A DNA stretch of 64,000 bases. It comes from Candidatus Heimdallarchaeota archaeon. Its GTDB lineage: Archaea > Asgardarchaeota > Heimdallarchaeia > Heimdallarchaeales > Heimdallarchaeaceae. The notes below the pieces were generated by a model. That model had not been told where the DNA came from. It worked only from the letters and a program-made list of their open reading frames with translations, and searched no databases. Positions 32,282 through 41,955 of the stretch are shown here, in pieces (positions within the stretch are counted from its first letter, which is position 1; every line of letters begins with the position of its first letter). The stretch spans positions 1-64,000 of the forward strand of contig JAAFKI010000182.1 of the NCBI GenBank assembly GCA_021399345.1, given 5' to 3'. A program made the position numbers and the translations under genes.

Positions 32282-34201
32282 ATGGTCAATATAGAGTTAC
32301 CCGATGGTAGTATACTAGAAATTTCAAAAGGAAGAACTGTACTAGATGTTGCAAAGCAAATTGGACCACGATTAGCTGAAGCTGCTTTAGCTGGAAAAGT
32401 TGACGGAAATTTGGTTGATTTACAGTATGCAATATACTCGGATGTCAAACTTGAGATACTAACAGAAAAATCAGAAGAATCACTACATGTTCTTAATCAC
32501 AGTGCAGCTCATGTTATGGCAGGAGCAGTTGTGGACCTATTTCCAAACGCTAAACCCACTATTGGACCTAGTATCGATCCTGTAGGATTTTACTATGATT
32601 TTTTTGTGGAAAATCCATTTACTCAGGAGGATATAGATAAAATCCAGAAGAGAGTCGAAGAAGTTATCCAGGAAAACTCTGAATTTGATAGAGAAGAAAT
32701 GTCTCTTGCGGATGCAATAAACTACTATGAGAAAGTTGACAAAAACAAATTCAAAGTAGAAATTTTGAAAGAAACAGAAGCTGATAATGTGTCATTCTAT
32801 TCTCATGGAGAAGGTAACTTCAAAGATTTATGTCGAGGACCACATGTTCCATATACTGGAAAAATAAAAGCGATAAAGATTCTTAGCGCTTCTTCAGCTT
32901 TTTGGAGAGCTGATGCTAACAAAGAATCACTCCAAAGAGTTTATGGTGTAGCTTTTAGTACTGAAAAAAAACTAAAAAAGCATCTGACCATGTTGGAAGA
33001 GGCGAAGAAGAGAGATCATAGGATAATTGGACCGCAATTAGACTTATTTGATACTGCTGATGAATGGGGACCAGGTATGCCATTAATCTATCCCAAGGGT
33101 GCCATTATTTTAGATGTTATGAAAGATTTCTGGAAGAAAGAACATCGAAAAGCAGGTTATGAAATAGTACAAACTCCTCATGTTTTCAAAGAAAATGTAT
33201 GGCAAACCAGTGGGCATATTGAGTACTTTATGGAAAATATGTTTCCTGTAGATTTGAAAGGAGAGCAATGGTACATTAAACCTATGAACTGTCCTGGACA
33301 TATGATGATTTACAATCGAAAAGCTTATTCGTATCGAGAACTACCTGTAAGAATTGGCGAGATGGGCACTGTATACAGATATGAGCTTTCTGGAACATTA
33401 CATGGTCTTTTCCGAATTAGAGGTTTTACTCAGGATGATGCTCACATCTTCATGCTTCCTGATCAACTAGAGGATGAAATTGTCAAAGTTATTGAGATTG
33501 TTGAACATTTCTACAAAACCTTTGGTTTTCAAGAATGGGAGTATTTTATTAGCACTAAACCAGATAAAGCAATTGGAACTGATGAAGGATGGGAACATGC
33601 TACAAAAGCTCTAATGAAAGCGTTGGAAAGAGCAAATCTAACTTACAAAATAAAAGAAGGAGAAGGTGTCTTCTATGGACCCAAGATTGATGTTGACGTA
33701 AAAGATGCAATAGGTCGTAGATGGCAACTTGCAACTATTCAAGTTGATTTCAACCTTCCTGATAGGTTCAATATCAATTATCTTGGCGAAGATAGTCAGA
33801 AACATAAACCGTATGTAATTCATCGTGTTATCTATGGAGCAATAGAAAGATTCTTCGCAATTTTAGTAGAAAATTACGCAGGAAAAATGCCTATATGGTT
33901 AAGTCCAGTTCAAGTAATAGTTATACCTATTACTGACCAGCATATTGATTATGCAAAACAAGTTGTTGAAGATTTACTCAAGGCTGATATCAGAGCTGAA
34001 GCAGACCTTTCTGGAGAAAGAATGGAATATAAAATTCGACAAGCAACTTTGCACAAAATTCCATTTATATTGAATGTGGGTGACAAAGAGATTGAAGATA
34101 AGACTATTGCAGTTAGATCTCGTGGAAACAAAGTGGAATTTGGAGTGAAAATTTCAGAGTTCATAAAAAAGGTACGGAAGTTAATTGAAGCTTATGAATG
34201 A
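32282..34201 (+). CDS. thrS: threonine--tRNA ligase, bacterial/eukaryotic type
   Basis: TGS N1 domain (IELPDGS), N2 editing HSAAH/DLCRGPH, RDHR, KPMNCPGH, RGFTQDDAH, FYGPKID. Confidence 0.97.
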   Translation: MVNIELPDGSILEISKGRTVLDVAKQIGPRLAEAALAGKVDGNLVDLQYAIYSDVKLEILTEKSEESLHVLNHSAAHVMAGAVVDLFPNAKPTIGPSIDPVGFYYDFFVENPFTQEDIDKIQKRVEEVIQENSEFDREEMSLADAINYYEKVDKNKFKVEILKETEADNVSFYSHGEGNFKDLCRGPHVPYTGKIKAIKILSASSAFWRADANKESLQRVYGVAFSTEKKLKKHLTMLEEAKKRDHRIIGPQLDLFDTADEWGPGMPLIYPKGAIILDVMKDFWKKEHRKAGYEIVQTPHVFKENVWQTSGHIEYFMENMFPVDLKGEQWYIKPMNCPGHMMIYNRKAYSYRELPVRIGEMGTVYRYELSGTLHGLFRIRGFTQDDAHIFMLPDQLEDEIVKVIEIVEHFYKTFGFQEWEYFISTKPDKAIGTDEGWEHATKALMKALERANLTYKIKEGEGVFYGPKIDVDVKDAIGRRWQLATIQVDFNLPDRFNINYLGEDSQKHKPYVIHRVIYGAIERFFAILVENYAGKMPIWLSPVQVIVIPITDQHIDYAKQVVEDLLKADIRAEADLSGERMEYKIRQATLHKIPFILNVGDKEIEDKTIAVRSRGNKVEFGVKISEFIKKVRKLIEAYE

Positions 34202-34261
34202 TTTTAAGACAAATCATTCTTCTTATTTTATATACTTACAAAAATAAGACAAAATTGGGAA

Positions 34262-34945
34262 CTAATTCCCGTTTTGAAGTTTTTCAGATTCTTCTTCAAT
34301 GTGTGTGATCTTTATACCAAGACTGTCCATGAGTTGGAAGCACCAACCAAGCCAGACATTAACAAAACCCTTTGCACCTGCATCTACTACGCCTGCTTCT
34401 TTTAGGACGGGTAATAGGTTTGGAGTGTTTTCTAAAGATTTAACTGCAGTTAAATAGGTTTCAGTAATCATCTCAGTCCAATCTCCACCTTTTTCTGCAA
34501 TGGATTTTGCAATGATTGCAGTATCCTTTATAACAGTAAGAATAGTTCCTTCAGTAGGGTGAAGAACAGCTTCATAAGCCCATTCACTCCCTTCTTCTAG
34601 AGCTTTTGCAAATACTTGTAAATCTACTGAATCATGTTCTTCAATTTCAGAACTGAAACCTTGGAAGAATTGAGAAATAATTACGCCAGAATTACCTTTG
34701 GCTCCTAAGAAACTACCTTTTGTAATGAGTTGTGCAGCTTCTTGGATAGATGTTGGTTCAACTTCATCAAATTGCTCAACAACAGTCCTTATTGTTAAAA
34801 ACAAATTTACTCCTGTATCTCCATCAGGAATTGGAAAAACATTAATAGCGTTTATTTCTTCTTTTGTTTGCTCAAGATTATGAGCGGCAGTAATCATCAT
34901 TTTTTTGAGGGTTATGCCATCGATTTTAGTATTTGGTATCATCAT
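34262..34945 (-). CDS. stand-alone DAK2 domain protein (FakA N-terminal-like)
   Basis: INVFPIPDGDTGVN, GAKGNSGVI, PTEGTILTV, TP.LLPVLKEAGVVDAGAKG. Confidence 0.88.
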   Translation of the reverse strand: MMIPNTKIDGITLKKMMITAAHNLEQTKEEINAINVFPIPDGDTGVNLFLTIRTVVEQFDEVEPTSIQEAAQLITKGSFLGAKGNSGVIISQFFQGFSSEIEEHDSVDLQVFAKALEEGSEWAYEAVLHPTEGTILTVIKDTAIIAKSIAEKGGDWTEMITETYLTAVKSLENTPNLLPVLKEAGVVDAGAKGFVNVWLGWCFQLMDSLGIKITHIEEESEKLQNGN

Positions 34946-35201
34946 TTTTTAGCCCCACTTAGCTAAGTTTTTTACCTACCGCAGTTCTATGTGTTTGAAA
35001 GAGTATTTAATACTTCCTTGCTTTTATGAGCATAAAATATTGCGATTATGTAATTGTATTTACGCTCGTTTGTAAATGCTATTAATTCTTTTAAAAACCT
35101 ATGCATTAAGCGATATTATATGGCCATAGAACATTAGAATTCTGGAGAAATAGACGAAATTAGAAAAAATGGAGATAATGAAAAAAAGGAAAAAAAAGTG
35201 C

Positions 35202-38147
35202 TTAATCTAACAATAACGCTGGCTTCATTGGTCTTGCTTTGTTAGCTTTATTTTGAGGGTCATGAATCTCTTCATCATCAGCAATTTGAATTATAATTTC
35301 GGCATTGTTGAATCTTTTACTAATATATTCTTCATATCCTTGAATTGCTTTTTTCTGATCTTCAGGAGCTAGCATTTTTATTCTGAATATAGTAGGATCT
35401 TTTAACATTTGCTTTGCATCGTTTGCTATTTCTTTCATGTATTTGTTAAGCTTACTATTCTCTTCTGCTGATGACATAATTCTTCCAATTTGAACAGCTT
35501 CATCTTTGAACAAATCGGTTGCTAAGTCATATAAGTCATTCTTCCATTCTGCATTAATATAGATATAAATTTTATTTGGTTTTGTCTTTACTAGTTTCAC
35601 TATTTGATTTATATCTTCTAGCAGATTGGTCATGAACTTTGCTTGTAAGGCGTAAAGGGTATCTTCTTTATCTATTATGATTTTAGGCATTCTTTTCAAT
35701 GAGATGTAATCTTTGTTGCCCATTCTCTCGTTTAATTCTTCACAAATGTGTGGAATAACCGGTGCTATTAAAACAACTATCATTTCAATTACTTCCCTAA
35801 GAACTGCCATCTTTTCTTCTTCAGGTAGATTTACAGCTAATTTCTGGTATTCATCTAGAATTCTTATGTTTGAATAATATCCATCCAAGATGTAATCTCT
35901 AGCATTAAATTTCTCAATTTCTTCCAATGCTTTTTTTAGATTGGTTTTTACTGATGAAAGCAAAACCTTTGATGGAAACGAGTATTCTATGTTTACATCT
36001 CTAGCTACATCTACAACACTTAATGCATATTCCCAGAATTTTTTCAATCTTTGTTGGGCAAATTTCACTTCAGTGTCTTTCCATTCCAAAACTGTTTCTG
36101 GTGTAGCATTTGATGCTAAATGTAATCTTGTCAAGTCAACACTGAATTTACCTGATACTTCTGCTATTTGAATCACGTTAGGCTTGCTTTTACTCATTGC
36201 TTCACCAAAGCGATTTAATGTATCATTCAAAGAGAAGGCAGGTAGCCAATACTTTTCAGGAAATATAGCAGCATGGTGAAAGATTGCAAATGATAGATGG
36301 TTTGAAATATGCTGAATTGCTGTGTGTCGTAAGTCATTTGGATACCAATATTCAAATTCCGCTTTTATTTTTTCAATTATGTCTTCTGATATGGAAGTGA
36401 TCTTGCTTACTTCTTTTATATCTCCTTCATTTAGAAATACATAATCAAAGAACTCCGGTTTCAGTTGACTAGGTTCAATGTTGTTTTGACGCATTTGTCT
36501 AACAATTGTATAGAAGGACATGTAAATAACTGAATCACTCAATGATTCAATAATCCACCCTTCTCCTTTGGTAAATGGAAATTCTGTTCCTAATCCTCTT
36601 CTTCGAACACAAGGTCTTTTGTCTAACCAGTGGAAGGTGTTTTCAAAGCTTTGTCGATATTTTTCTGGAGTTATGAGCATTTTGTTTAATGCTTTGAATG
36701 CATCTCTTTTCCAATCTTCATTTCCATAATGCAAGAAATATTGATCTTGTATAATAGCTGCAATTATCTGTCCTCCACATCTACAAACAGCCTTAGTTGA
36801 TGTTTCATAAATCGGAGACGCTAGATTAATATCAAATAAAGTATCTGCAACTCTATCTTTAGCAACTTCGACTTTCAGTCCTTTATAGTCACCTGTGTTT
36901 TCTTTCATAATTCCAGAGTAAAATTCGTCTCTGTAAATTGTTTGAGTAGCTTCTTCTAATTCAGCAATGTCATTTTGTGATTTAATATCCAATTTTTTGC
37001 AAATTTCAACTGCAGGGAATTCACCATAACCCTTTACCTCAATTAAAGAAATTGGCTCAATTTGCTTCAAAAATTCAGAATTTAATCCATATTTTTCAAT
37101 GGTTTTCTCATCTTTTTGCAAATCAGCTAACGCTGCATAGTCATAGGGAGCATGTCCAGGAACACTGTATACTACACCTGTTGCATGATCAGTATCCACG
37201 AAAGATGCTGGATAGATTGGTATTTTTTTCTCAGTAATAGGAACTTCAACGCTATTGTTTGTTAGCTCTTTTCCTTTTAATTCTCTAATAATCTCGATTT
37301 CATGATTTTGCTCAATTAACTTCTTTGTTGCTTCTTTGGAGACAATCCATTTCTCTCCATCTATTGAGATTTCTTCGTAAATTGCGTCAGGATGGATCCA
37401 TACATTGGTTGCACCGAAAATCGTTTCAGGTCTTAAGGTGGCAGCAACTAGAAAGATATTTGAATCAAGCATGAATTTAATACCAACAAATTCAGTTACT
37501 TCAACCTTTAACTCATCTCCAGCTTGAATGTCATCCTCACCAACAGCATTTTTATCGTTGACACACCATAGGATGGGATGATTTCCTTGTGTAATTAAGT
37601 TCTTTTTGTCCAATTTAATATATTGCCATTCTATGAATTTATTATAGTCGGGATCTCCAGTTGAGAACTGCCTTGTAGTATCAAGCGAGTATCCCATTCC
37701 AAGGAAATCTTGGATTATTTTTTCTGAAAAATAGTTTGCTACATTTTCTGGCTCTACAAACGAAGCTATTAATTCCTCAACTCTTTCCTTGCTGTCCTCA
37801 TATATTGAGATATACTTTCGGTATCTGTCCCATTCGACTTTATCATTATTCTTTAGTTTCCAAGATACTGCAAGAACAGGAGTTCCAGTTATATGAAAGC
37901 CCATGGGCCATAATACATTGAATCCTTGTTGTCTCTTGAACCTAGCAAAAATATCACCTAATCCATAAGTACGAGCATGGCCTATATGAAGAGGAGCAGT
38001 TGCATAAGGATAAGACACTGTCAAGAACCATTTTGGTTTTGAGCTATCTACATTTCCAATAAATATCTGGTCTTCTTCCCATTTTTTTTGCCATTTTTTT
38101 TCAATATTACGTATCTCTTCTAGAAATGTTTTCAATAATTTCACCAT
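35202..38147 (-). CDS. leuS: leucine--tRNA ligase, archaeal type
   Basis: YPY...LHIGH, ATLRPET and GVVYSVPGHAPYD editing domain, ESLSDSVIY, AMSKS. Confidence 0.96.
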   Translation of the reverse strand: MVKLLKTFLEEIRNIEKKWQKKWEEDQIFIGNVDSSKPKWFLTVSYPYATAPLHIGHARTYGLGDIFARFKRQQGFNVLWPMGFHITGTPVLAVSWKLKNNDKVEWDRYRKYISIYEDSKERVEELIASFVEPENVANYFSEKIIQDFLGMGYSLDTTRQFSTGDPDYNKFIEWQYIKLDKKNLITQGNHPILWCVNDKNAVGEDDIQAGDELKVEVTEFVGIKFMLDSNIFLVAATLRPETIFGATNVWIHPDAIYEEISIDGEKWIVSKEATKKLIEQNHEIEIIRELKGKELTNNSVEVPITEKKIPIYPASFVDTDHATGVVYSVPGHAPYDYAALADLQKDEKTIEKYGLNSEFLKQIEPISLIEVKGYGEFPAVEICKKLDIKSQNDIAELEEATQTIYRDEFYSGIMKENTGDYKGLKVEVAKDRVADTLFDINLASPIYETSTKAVCRCGGQIIAAIIQDQYFLHYGNEDWKRDAFKALNKMLITPEKYRQSFENTFHWLDKRPCVRRRGLGTEFPFTKGEGWIIESLSDSVIYMSFYTIVRQMRQNNIEPSQLKPEFFDYVFLNEGDIKEVSKITSISEDIIEKIKAEFEYWYPNDLRHTAIQHISNHLSFAIFHHAAIFPEKYWLPAFSLNDTLNRFGEAMSKSKPNVIQIAEVSGKFSVDLTRLHLASNATPETVLEWKDTEVKFAQQRLKKFWEYALSVVDVARDVNIEYSFPSKVLLSSVKTNLKKALEEIEKFNARDYILDGYYSNIRILDEYQKLAVNLPEEEKMAVLREVIEMIVVLIAPVIPHICEELNERMGNKDYISLKRMPKIIIDKEDTLYALQAKFMTNLLEDINQIVKLVKTKPNKIYIYINAEWKNDLYDLATDLFKDEAVQIGRIMSSAEENSKLNKYMKEIANDAKQMLKDPTIFRIKMLAPEDQKKAIQGYEEYISKRFNNAEIIIQIADDEEIHDPQNKANKARPMKPALLLD

Positions 38148-38395
38148 TATTTGCTATGTTTATTCGAATCTTACTTGAACAGCTAGAATATCCTTCTTCT
38201 TCCAAAATCGGAATTTGATAATTAAAAGCGTTATCTTTAGGCATAATAAAACTGTTAAAGAAACGAATAACCTGGAAACCATTAAAACAGATATCTTTCC
38301 TATTTGTTGAGAAGAACACGATACCCCATTTTGGTTTCCTCACTATAACAAAATATATTTTACTCATTAAACTTTTGAATAAGAAGAAACGGATA

Positions 38396-39493
38396 TCATT
38401 CAATTTGTTTTGAGATTATTGGTTTGAATGCTAAATATTTCTCCACCAAAGTAGATATTTCATTTTCCGACATATTCTGTGATAAATCTGTAAGAAGATT
38501 TTTTATTGCTTGTCGTAAATAACTTGTAGGAACTCTACTACACAAGAAGCAAACAAACGTTCCTTCAGTTTCGATCATTAATGAAGAATCACCTAAATCA
38601 ATTTCTTTTGGATAAACTTCTTTTCCTATTAGTTCTCCTGCAAATTCAGAAAAAGCTGTAGTTACACTAAGAATAATATGACCTCTAACATTCAGTTTTT
38701 TCTTTGCTGAAGCTGAATAGATTGAAGAACCAGCTTTATCAAAGATGTATATTGAATGAATTTCTGTAGAATAATAAAATGCTTCAATTCCGCCCATATA
38801 AATTGAAATGCCTATGATCAAGGCTCCCACCGCAACAGAAACCCATTCCATATGGAGCATCATTATTTCACCTGTCACAGCATAGATGAATTTTCTAGCC
38901 GCAAATAGAAGAGCACTTATGAAGTAAGCTATTACAACTCCAACCATCATAATTTCTACAACTCTTTGATATTTCTTCTCTACGAAACCTCTTTGTTTAA
39001 TCAAGTGTGTGAGAAAAACTATTCCTGCAAAAATAGCCAGGCCTGCATCAAATATTACCCAAATTATACTAGTTTGTGCAATATAAAAATCGTAATTGCT
39101 TCCTTTAACAGGCAAGAGAGCTAAAGTATAGTCTCCAGAAACTGTTAAACCTACTACACCTCCAAAAAGGAAAAGAGCAAACGCTAGAACTATGGGATTA
39201 TAGATTTGTCTGGGGCTTAATGATACAACGAAGAAGATAGTTGCTACCATTCCAACCATACTAATTATTGTTGAAAACTGAGATACAAATAGAGCATCGG
39301 TTTCTTTGGTTATCTGACTAAGATAAACAACAAAAATACCGCTAATTATCCATCCCATAATGCAAAAAATCATTGACAGAAAATAATACACTGAGAAAGA
39401 TGATGTTCGTATTTGTTTTCCTATCACAAGAATTGCTCCAAGGAGTAGAAAGAAAATAGATACAATTCCTATCCCATAAGAGATCCAGACCAT
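38396..39493 (-). CDS. 7TM membrane protein with C-terminal longin/roadblock-like domain
   Basis: Seven hydrophobic segments, then IHSIYIFDKAGSSIYS...helix...KEIDLGDSSLMIE..FVCFLC..helix. Confidence 0.65.
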   Translation of the reverse strand: MVWISYGIGIVSIFFLLLGAILVIGKQIRTSSFSVYYFLSMIFCIMGWIISGIFVVYLSQITKETDALFVSQFSTIISMVGMVATIFFVVSLSPRQIYNPIVLAFALFLFGGVVGLTVSGDYTLALLPVKGSNYDFYIAQTSIIWVIFDAGLAIFAGIVFLTHLIKQRGFVEKKYQRVVEIMMVGVVIAYFISALLFAARKFIYAVTGEIMMLHMEWVSVAVGALIIGISIYMGGIEAFYYSTEIHSIYIFDKAGSSIYSASAKKKLNVRGHIILSVTTAFSEFAGELIGKEVYPKEIDLGDSSLMIETEGTFVCFLCSRVPTSYLRQAIKNLLTDLSQNMSENEISTLVEKYLAFKPIISKQIE

Positions 39494-39554
39494 GAGCAGT
39501 AAGGATTTTAGAGTTTTATATAGTTTTGGCTTTATTTTGCTCTAAACTCTATTA

Positions 39555-40898
39555 CTAAATTACAAAGTCCTCTTTGTCAACATTTCTGTTCTCTAATCCT
39601 AATCTAGATACTTTAAATTTAATCCCCCCGTATAGTTCGGCATGTTCCTGGTCGTTATACAAAGCTGCAGCAATTCTTCCTATTGCATCTGCCTTCATGA
39701 TTCCACTTCCAGAACCTGAAGATACGACTTGTAACCCCTTGATTTCCTTAGCTTTGAAAACAACTGGATTCTTGTCAATTGTATTTATTGCATAGAATCC
39801 TGCCCATGAATTTGTTAACTGAAGATCTTTTAAAATAGGAAGATATTCAGCTAAGATTAAGTATCTATCAAATTCATAATCTCTATCGTTCGCTTGGGTA
39901 TCATTCAAAGGATTATCTCCTGTTGTGATCTCTTCAGGATTAGTAATGATATATGGTTTCCCAATCAATGATCCTCCCCCGATCCATATACTATGATTAT
40001 ATTTTACTGGTTTCAAATGAATTCCATGCATTGGGAAAATGAGAAATGGTGTTGTTTTTTCGCCATTAAAATGCTCATTGTCAAGAAAATTTGCTAGTTG
40101 AGGATGTTGTACTCTGAATATATACTTCTTGACAGGCATTGTATGACTATTTACTCCTAACGGTAATAGAAGTTCATTAGCCCAAGCACCAGTTGCAATA
40201 ATGAATTTTTCTGATTTAATTGTAATTCCGACATTTGTTAAAGCTCCACCAATTCTTTTTTTCTGCCATCCAACCGGTTCTCCTGGAATACCAAGTTTCC
40301 CGCCAATTGGCTCCAAAATAAGTTTTGTAACTGTGGTATTGTAAAGAGTTTCTCCACCCAGCTTTTTAAATTCATTTTCATAGAAATCTCTTGTAATCTT
40401 GTCTGCATCTAGTTCTCCACAGTCATAGCCAAGAAGACCAAAGTCAATATTTCTCAAATTGAGCATTTGAGCATCCTCATTTCCATCAAAATCAGTTACA
40501 AGTTCAGGTATTTTTTGTTTAATATCTTCTTTTTCAAGTATCTCTACGCGAACCTTGTTGTCTAGCATAGTCTCAATTGCTATTTTGTTTCCTTCAAATT
40601 GCTCTTTATCCATTAACCATAGATAAGTAACATCTCTTAGAGATAAATCTATACCCAGCTCGTGTTGAACATGCTTATAAAAGTCTCTAGTAGAACTGCT
40701 TAGATGTAAATTCACTTCGGAGGAGAAGGTATCTCGATACATTGCAGCTGATTGTGCTGTATTTCCTGCTCCTGCTTGAGCTAGTTTGTCAACAACCAAT
40801 ATTTCTAGATTTTTATTTTCTTTTTTTATATAGTAAGCTGTTGCCATACCAAATAATCCAGCTCCAATTACTACTACATCATAGTGTTTTTCACTCAT
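39555..40898 (-). CDS. FAD-dependent oxidoreductase (sarcosine oxidase beta/D-amino acid oxidase family)
   Basis: VIGAGLFG, GNTAQSAA, ATGAW, WAGFY, SGSGIMKA. Confidence 0.88.
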   Translation of the reverse strand: MSEKHYDVVVIGAGLFGMATAYYIKKENKNLEILVVDKLAQAGAGNTAQSAAMYRDTFSSEVNLHLSSSTRDFYKHVQHELGIDLSLRDVTYLWLMDKEQFEGNKIAIETMLDNKVRVEILEKEDIKQKIPELVTDFDGNEDAQMLNLRNIDFGLLGYDCGELDADKITRDFYENEFKKLGGETLYNTTVTKLILEPIGGKLGIPGEPVGWQKKRIGGALTNVGITIKSEKFIIATGAWANELLLPLGVNSHTMPVKKYIFRVQHPQLANFLDNEHFNGEKTTPFLIFPMHGIHLKPVKYNHSIWIGGGSLIGKPYIITNPEEITTGDNPLNDTQANDRDYEFDRYLILAEYLPILKDLQLTNSWAGFYAINTIDKNPVVFKAKEIKGLQVVSSGSGSGIMKADAIGRIAAALYNDQEHAELYGGIKFKVSRLGLENRNVDKEDFVI

Positions 40899-41048
40899 TA
40901 TCTTACCTCTTGAGAAAAAATTTACATTAATTCAGATATATTGAACAAGTACTCTTTAAAAATTTTATACCAACAATATAGAAATCTATAGTCAAAACAA
41001 CGAATTTTTAAGTTCAACAATAGTTATACACATGAAGATTGTGATGAT

Positions 41049-41858
41049 ATGCATTTGAATGCGAAAACAGAAGAAGATAAAAAAATCGAAGAAACACTAT
41101 TGAAGATCAAACACAAAATTGCTGTTTTAAGTGGGAAAGGTGGAACTGGTAAAACAACAGTTACTGTAAACTTGGCTCAAACTCTTTCTGATATGGGCTA
41201 TAAAGTAGGTATACTTGATGCTGATATTACGGGTCCAAATGTTCCTCTGATGCTTGGAGTAGAGGATCTACAAATGACTACAGAGGACAATAAGATTGTC
41301 CCAGTAGAAGCAGGAAAGATAAAAATTGTATCAATTGAGTTTTTACTTCAAGATAAAACAAAAGCTGTTATCTGGAGGGGACCAATGAAAATTAAGGCCC
41401 TTAAACAGCTCCTTGCAGATGTAAACTGGGGTGAATTAGATTTTCTTATTGTGGATTTACCTCCTGGTAGTAGTGATGAGCCCTTGAGCATAGTTCAAAC
41501 AATCAAAGATTTAGATGGTATGGTCATTGTTACTACTCCTCAAGCTGTTTCACTTCTTGATGTAACCAAATCGATAAATTTTGCACAAGAAACAAAAGTA
41601 CCAATATTAGGAATTATCGAAAATATGTCTGGTTTTGTGTGTCCTCATTGTGATGAGATTACTTACATTTTCAAAAAAGATGGTGGAAAAAACAAAGCTG
41701 AACAACTTGATTTGGATTTTCTCGGAACTATTCCTCTAATATCTCAAATTTGTGAGGCTGGAGATTCAGGAAGAGCCGCAGTTAGAGTGAATGATAAAGC
41801 AAAAGATGTCTTTTCTAAGGTTGTTGAAAAAATACTTTCTAAACTTGGTAAGGAGTAA
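41049..41858 (+). CDS. Mrp/Nbp35 Fe-S cluster carrier ATPase
   Basis: SGKGGTGKTT, DADITGP, WRGPM, DLPPG, VTTPQ, ENMS.F.CPHC. Confidence 0.95.
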   Translation: MHLNAKTEEDKKIEETLLKIKHKIAVLSGKGGTGKTTVTVNLAQTLSDMGYKVGILDADITGPNVPLMLGVEDLQMTTEDNKIVPVEAGKIKIVSIEFLLQDKTKAVIWRGPMKIKALKQLLADVNWGELDFLIVDLPPGSSDEPLSIVQTIKDLDGMVIVTTPQAVSLLDVTKSINFAQETKVPILGIIENMSGFVCPHCDEITYIFKKDGGKNKAEQLDLDFLGTIPLISQICEAGDSGRAAVRVNDKAKDVFSKVVEKILSKLGKE

Positions 41859-41955
41859 TTTCTAATAAGGACTATAGTGTTATATCCAATTCTTTTTGAC
41901 AAAAAACTTTCGCAATGTTTTTTTACTCAAAAGTGGATATTTTCTTTTGATTAAC

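Noticed and set aside
36187-36201. AMSKS instead of KMSKS in LeuRS
   Set aside because: The first position of the motif is variable and the catalytic second Lys is retained
38107-38403. 98-aa minus-strand ORF between leuS and the 7TM gene
   Set aside because: TTG start, overlaps leuS by 41 nt, atypical composition, no motif; not supportable as a gene
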